64,000 bases of DNA, taken from positions 39,185 to 103,184 of the forward strand of contig JAQGDQ010000743.1 of assembly GCA_030141605.1 (NCBI GenBank), given 5' to 3'. The stretch comes from Tubiluchus corallicola (lineage: Eukaryota > Animalia > Priapulida). Numbering within the stretch: position 1 is the first letter of the stretch; each line of letters starts with the position of its first letter. The notes beneath the pieces are model-generated. The model had not been told where the DNA came from, made no database searches, and saw only the letters and a list, made by a program, of their open reading frames with translations. The position numbers were made by a program, and so were the translations under genes. Positions 59,614-64,000 of the stretch are shown here, piece after piece.

Positions 59614-62413
59614 TAATATATATTCATATAGTAACAAATGGTTCATTCTGTAGTGGTATTATCTTTTGTTTACAAACTGTCAGGTCTTTCAGAAATCATA
59701 GAATCTTATAGAACAATTAGAACTATAGAGAAAAATACGTTATAAATACATAAGTAAATAAAAAATAAATAAATCTAGCAATACATAAATATTCGTAAAA
59801 GGTATAACGTTAAATTTTGAAGTATGATACCTACGATGTTTGTACAAATGTTAGACAGTGACTTTTCTATTCATCGCTTTTCATTTCTAAGCTTGTATTA
59901 GTTAACAGGACGTATCTTACAATCCTATAATAACTAACCAAATTTACTTGCTTGTGTACGTATATAATTACTATTTAGTTTTGTATATTATATTACTACT
60001 TACCTTTGTATTGATATTCGTTTATCTTCCTATTTTTCAGGTAAAACACAATCACAACTGCAATTATAGCTAATATAGCTAAAATGCTTATTATGACTGG
60101 AACTACAGTTTTAACGCCGCTGCCGTCATCGTTGTAGTCATCGCTATACGTTTCCAAGGTCTCCACTGTCTCTGTAAAAGATGATGTGCATTTAGTAGAT
60201 AGGAGACAAAGACAGTAGTAATATGGATTTAAAGCTATTATTGTTAAAGGAAAGAACAACTCACTCAGTATGTTGGGTTTATTTTACTGTTATCACTTAA
60301 ACTGTGATGTGGTAAAGAAAAGAACAAGTCACTCAGTATATTTGGTCTATTTCACCCTTATCACTTAAACTTAGAAAAATATCACAAAGAAATTTGCAAA
60401 GAACTCCCTATAAAGTATAAAATTCAAATATACTACATCCGAATCAAACTTGAAAATCATGACGTAACTGGGAGACCTCGTGACTTGTCGTAAACGTGTC
60501 GTAGCTTTCCGTAAGCGCGTCCTGCTTAAACTAACTAAAACTTCTACAGCTTACCTAATGTTCAACCGGAAATATTGCAAAATTACCTATCTATTTTTCT
60601 TGTAAAAACTAATTATACTTTTGCTGAAGATTGACAGTGCCCTAATTTTCTTCAAGACGAATGACGTCATTGGAAGAAGAAAGAGCATTGAAAATGGAAG
60701 CGCTCAAGCATGAAGTGATCGCGAGTTAATTTTACTAATTACACGAGGCGCTTATTGCAGTTTTTTTTTACTATAAATCTTTCTAACATTTTTCGCGAAC
60801 ATTGAAATAAACCCAACCTCCTAGAAGACTTGACCTTTCCTTTAGCTTACATGGCTAATATCTGATGGTACTGGTTTCAGTAATCTTAGCAATTGTCAAG
60901 GTTGTAGAAAAGAGATTTTTTAACATATCGAAAACACGTGTAATTACGCAACATGCTAGGAAGAAACTCTAAAGGTAAGTGCTAACAGACTGGCTTCTTT
61001 GGAAAAATAAACAAGTGAACAAAGGCGAGTTGTTCACATCAAATGCACTTTATTTTCTAAACCAGAAGTAATACAATACATTGCTGTCTCTAAAGTTCTG
61101 CCAAGGCTACTGACAGGTAAAACTTTCCATGAAGTGAAAGGAAGCCATTAATTCATTAAAGGTAAATGTTATGCATACTAGTTCAAGGTTCTGTGCAATG
61201 ATGGAAGTTTAAACTGTATACAGCGAAATAAACCAGTTTTATAGCTGAATTTTGGTAAGTTCTTTTATGAGATTTTAATTTAATAATTCAGCACGAGATT
61301 GTAATAACATGACTATTGATAATAATAATTATGATTTATATAATCAATTAGACAAAATGAAGGAATCGTGAGCTTCACGACACACGCCAAGGGAATATTA
61401 ATTAAAGAACATTTCCTGGCACGTGCATAATGAAATGCCATCTGTGTTTATCTACGAAAACGTTAACTTGAAATACACGATTACTTACGGCCAATGAAAG
61501 CCAGCGTAACAAAATCGTAAGTTGCGATAGTACTACCAGCTTCATTGTGAGCTGTAACACGCAAAGTGTAGCGATGATTGGGCTGAAGGTCCAAAATTCG
61601 AAACGTTCCCTGAAGAAGAACAAGGTATTAAATGAAACTTTCCCTGAAGAAGAACAATGTATTAAATGAAACGTTCCCTGAAGAAGAACAATGTATTAAA
61701 TGCAGCAAAAGTTACAATAATAAGCCTTTTCACAGTTTCGTTGTGCGCACGCGCAGTTGCTGTAGGTCAAGGGTTAAGTGTAACGCAGCCATTACGTGAC
61801 ATGCGGGCAAAGCAAAGCGGTATGCCGCATCACTTCAGTAACATCAGTCGTTTTACATGGAGTTAACTATACAATAGACAGTGTGTAGTGCGATTTACTA
61901 GCAGGATCTTGCTTGGGAACAAGATAAAATGAACTAGGCAAGGTTCTAGCTAGCTGTTAAAACTATTACTATTACAACAGCATGAGCTGCGCAGTGTTGT
62001 CAAGTGTACACAAATGCGTTGTCTGGTACACGTAACCTTTGGCCTTTTCACGATCATCATCAATCACTGGAACTGTGAAAAGGCTAATTACGCAAATTTA
62101 ATTCTTAATTAATAACAATTAGTAAAAAGTTTCTCAACTAAAGAACAACGACAAAACTTTGTTTTTTAATTGTAGAATTTCTCATTAATTATTATTATTA
62201 ATAAGCATTAAAAGCATTAATTATGGCAGATGGTACCTACCTGGTTAGGACTGACGCTGTTATCAACAGTTTTCCAGAGAGCTGAGGCAAACTCTTGATA
62301 CTCAATCACAAATGATCGAATGGGGCATCCACTGTCAGACCATGCAGATAGATTAAGAATTACGTTTGTTGTATTGCGCAGGATAAATGAGTCACTGGAC
62401 GGTTTAACTGGAG
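49050..62413 (-). CDS. Dscam: Dscam paralog B, 5'-partial: FN6, TM, cytoplasmic tail (11 exons, ~557 aa in window)
   Basis: 11 exons (1673 nt) join in frame with the same intron phases as the last 11 exons of gene A; FN6 exons have identical lengths (173, 121 nt). Confidence 0.94.
49884..49953 (-). CDS. Dscam: Dscam B cytoplasmic exon 7 (SNTELYLQRGITPISKSGTLPLS)
   Basis: gttttttag / gtataa, phase 1-2; the only open candidate I found that restores frame to the last exon. Confidence 0.65.
51313..51455 (-). CDS. Dscam: Dscam B cytoplasmic exon 6 (KREGRPADSSSSDLCITPN)
   Basis: gttgtag / gtaagc, phase 2-1. Confidence 0.85.
51945..52785. repeat. Minisatellite, 32-33-bp unit x ~25
   Basis: ttgttctctgttcccaatatacttgtgaaattaa. 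Confidence 0.93.
53116..53251 (-). CDS. Dscam: Dscam B cytoplasmic exon 5 (DGALRGRPSSSSDTTDT...KRPKRNRS)
   Basis: atgtag / gtaaca, phase 1-2. Confidence 0.88.
53385..53768 (-). mobile_element. MITE family A copy
   Basis: Same body, one end truncated. Confidence 0.87.
54263..54952 (+). mobile_element. Family D element; partial copies at ~43285-43815 (+) and ~12250-12800 (-)
   Basis: Three colinear copies (cgcgccattacatg..., caaaatggctgcgtctaa); ends aggacaagaa / ttcttgtgct. Confidence 0.75.
54985..55224 (-). CDS. Dscam: Dscam B cytoplasmic exon 4 (SSNYDELRDAYENFK...LVRFTQSPP)
   Basis: atttag / gtatgt, phase 1-1. Confidence 0.92.
55269..56236 (+). mobile_element. Family B copy with internal 72-bp tandem expansion
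   Basis: ttaa|aggaaaagtc ... tttcct|ttaa; ~7 x 72-bp units at 55748-56236. Confidence 0.8.
56373..56528 (-). CDS. Dscam: Dscam B cytoplasmic exon 3 (DIQVKLLTRNGNYEQ...YPKKRNS)
   Basis: ttttgtag / gtacgt, phase 1-1, open 156 nt, positional match to gene A exon 38726-38908. Confidence 0.75.
57102..57494 (-). mobile_element. MITE family A copy
   Basis: Same TIRs and body. Confidence 0.88.
57595..57801 (-). CDS. Dscam: Dscam B cytoplasmic exon 2 (EVNPYATS, VPPAVPARP)
   Basis: gttatag / gtaaaa, phase 1-1. Confidence 0.9.
58711..58887 (-). CDS. Dscam: Dscam B cytoplasmic exon 1 (KNDCAAETALIAD...)
   Basis: atttcag / gtacgt, phase 1-1. Confidence 0.87.
58933..59368. mobile_element. TTAA-flanked MITE with 18-bp TIR
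   Basis: ttaa|aggaaaaccggacgattg ... caatcgtctagttttcct|ttga. Confidence 0.72.
60004..60171 (-). CDS. Dscam: Dscam B transmembrane exon (VVPVIISILAILAIIAVVIVFYL-KNRK)
   Basis: ttttacag / gtaagt, phase 1-1. Confidence 0.93.
60248..60841 (-). mobile_element. Family B copy, inverted
   Basis: Reverse complement of the 16996 copy, ttaa/ttag flanks. Confidence 0.78.
61489..61609 (-). CDS. Dscam: Dscam B exon, FN6 C-part (DLQPNHRYTLRVTAHNEAGST)
   Basis: ttcttcag / gtaagt, phase 0-1, 121 nt. Confidence 0.95.
61719..62089 (+). mobile_element. MITE family A copy
   Basis: Same TIRs and body, internal deletions. Confidence 0.88.
62241..62413 (-). CDS. Dscam: Dscam B exon, FN6 N-part (LNLSAWSDSGCPIRSFVIEY)
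   Basis: atttcag / gtaggt, phase 1-0, 173 nt. Confidence 0.95.
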
Positions 62414-62780
62414 CTGAAATTAAAGAAACACCACAACTTTATTAATTAATTAATCTAGTTAAAAATCCTGTCAAGCGTTTCGACGGAGCTACTGTTGTCA
62501 TCATCAGCGGTTAATTTTTGCAAACGTACAAACAGTTTATATAGGTAGAGCCTACAGTATAGAATATTATGCAGTAATTATGTATTTAACAGAAGCCTTG
62601 CCTAATATACTGTATCTTTTCTACTGGTCTGCTTATTCATTACCTATTTGGCTTCTGTTATACACATAATTAGTGCAAAATTTCTATATCGGGGCATTCT
62701 GAATTTGCCTTTTTACGAAAAAACATTCATTAATTTTGATTTATAACAAATATTCATAACATTAATATTAATAATAATAA

Positions 62781-63605
62781 CTAGCAAAGGCTCCGCAAAA
62801 GATTTTGCGTATAAATACACGTGTAATGAATAATACGCGAACATCCTACACAGTCCCCATGTATAACGCAAAGCCCGTAACATCCTGCCTACTTACCTAA
62901 CGCAAAACCTGTACTCGTGCCTACTGTATGTTTAACTAACGCAAAGCAGCTTTTTGCTGAATTAAAGCTATAAGCAATAATGGATGACGTCAGCACAATG
63001 GAATGCGTCTGCCTTTGCGTCAGCAATTATTTGGGTTGAAAATTGCCGAAAATAGAACTCCTAATTAACTCGCCAATACTCCTTTCGGTGGACCTGCCCT
63101 AAAATATAACCCACATCATCGTGTAGCCCTGTCCTTCCTCTTTGTAAAGAGCCATATATCTCCTTCCGAGAGTCCCACTGGGCGACGCTAGAACGTTTTT
63201 CCCGCATGCTGTTTGGTCAAAATTTCGAAAAAATCGCGAGTTGGGCCCGGGAAAACGCCCGTTACGGGACCCAGTGGCCCTCTCGCGAATTCTAAATAGG
63301 CCTATGACACCCATCGCTGAACGGGCTATCTATCCATACCCAGCACCCCCCTCGGCCCATTCCCGTTCTCTACATCTCAGCCGTATAACTTTTGCAAAAA
63401 ACGGCCAAAAACTGGCCATTTTTGGAGGTTTTTCGCCCCCCGTTCCTCGCGGTGGGCCCCATTCGAAAAATAAACCCCTAATGAGACGACACTAGATCGA
63501 GACCTTTCGTTTGATATATAGATCGCCGCAAATGGTGCCGTCGTCCGGGCTGTAGCCTCGAATCTTATATATAAATAAATATACCAAGAATATTAATATA
63601 AGAGA
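62781..63605 (-). mobile_element. Non-autonomous Helitron
   Basis: On - strand: A|TCTCTTATA ... hairpin CGCAAAA-TC-TTTTGCG ... CTAG|T; inserted between A and T, no TSD. Confidence 0.82.

Positions 63606-64000
<395 letters not shown>

Noticed and set aside
49050-62413. Gene B as an assembly haplotype duplicate of gene A
   Set aside because: Proteins and introns are far too diverged for alleles, and exon lengths differ

Overview
AT-rich, repeat-dense invertebrate (metazoan) genomic DNA holding two convergent, tail-to-tail Dscam (Down syndrome cell adhesion molecule) paralogs. Gene A (+ strand, 351-45601, 5' part outside the window) has 31 GT-AG exons that join into one open frame of about 1570 aa: Ig6-Ig9, FN1-4, Ig10, FN5-6, TM and a ~460 aa tail ending in the PDZ-binding motif FTIV. 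It also has a candidate 33-nt microexon. Gene B (- strand, 62413-49050, 5' part outside the window) has 11 exons matching the last 11 of gene A one-to-one in intron phase and ends FTVV. No tandem alternative Ig7 or TM exon arrays are visible, and the tails carry vertebrate-like DSCAM motifs. Introns contain 13 copies of one ~390-bp MITE, TTAA-flanked, hAT, Tigger, Harbinger and Helitron non-autonomous elements, LINE fragments, Penelope-type hammerhead motifs and many mini/microsatellites. Most ORFs in the supplied track are repeat artefacts. All exon calls were made by eye from splice consensus, phase continuity and remembered Dscam sequence; no transcript evidence was available.
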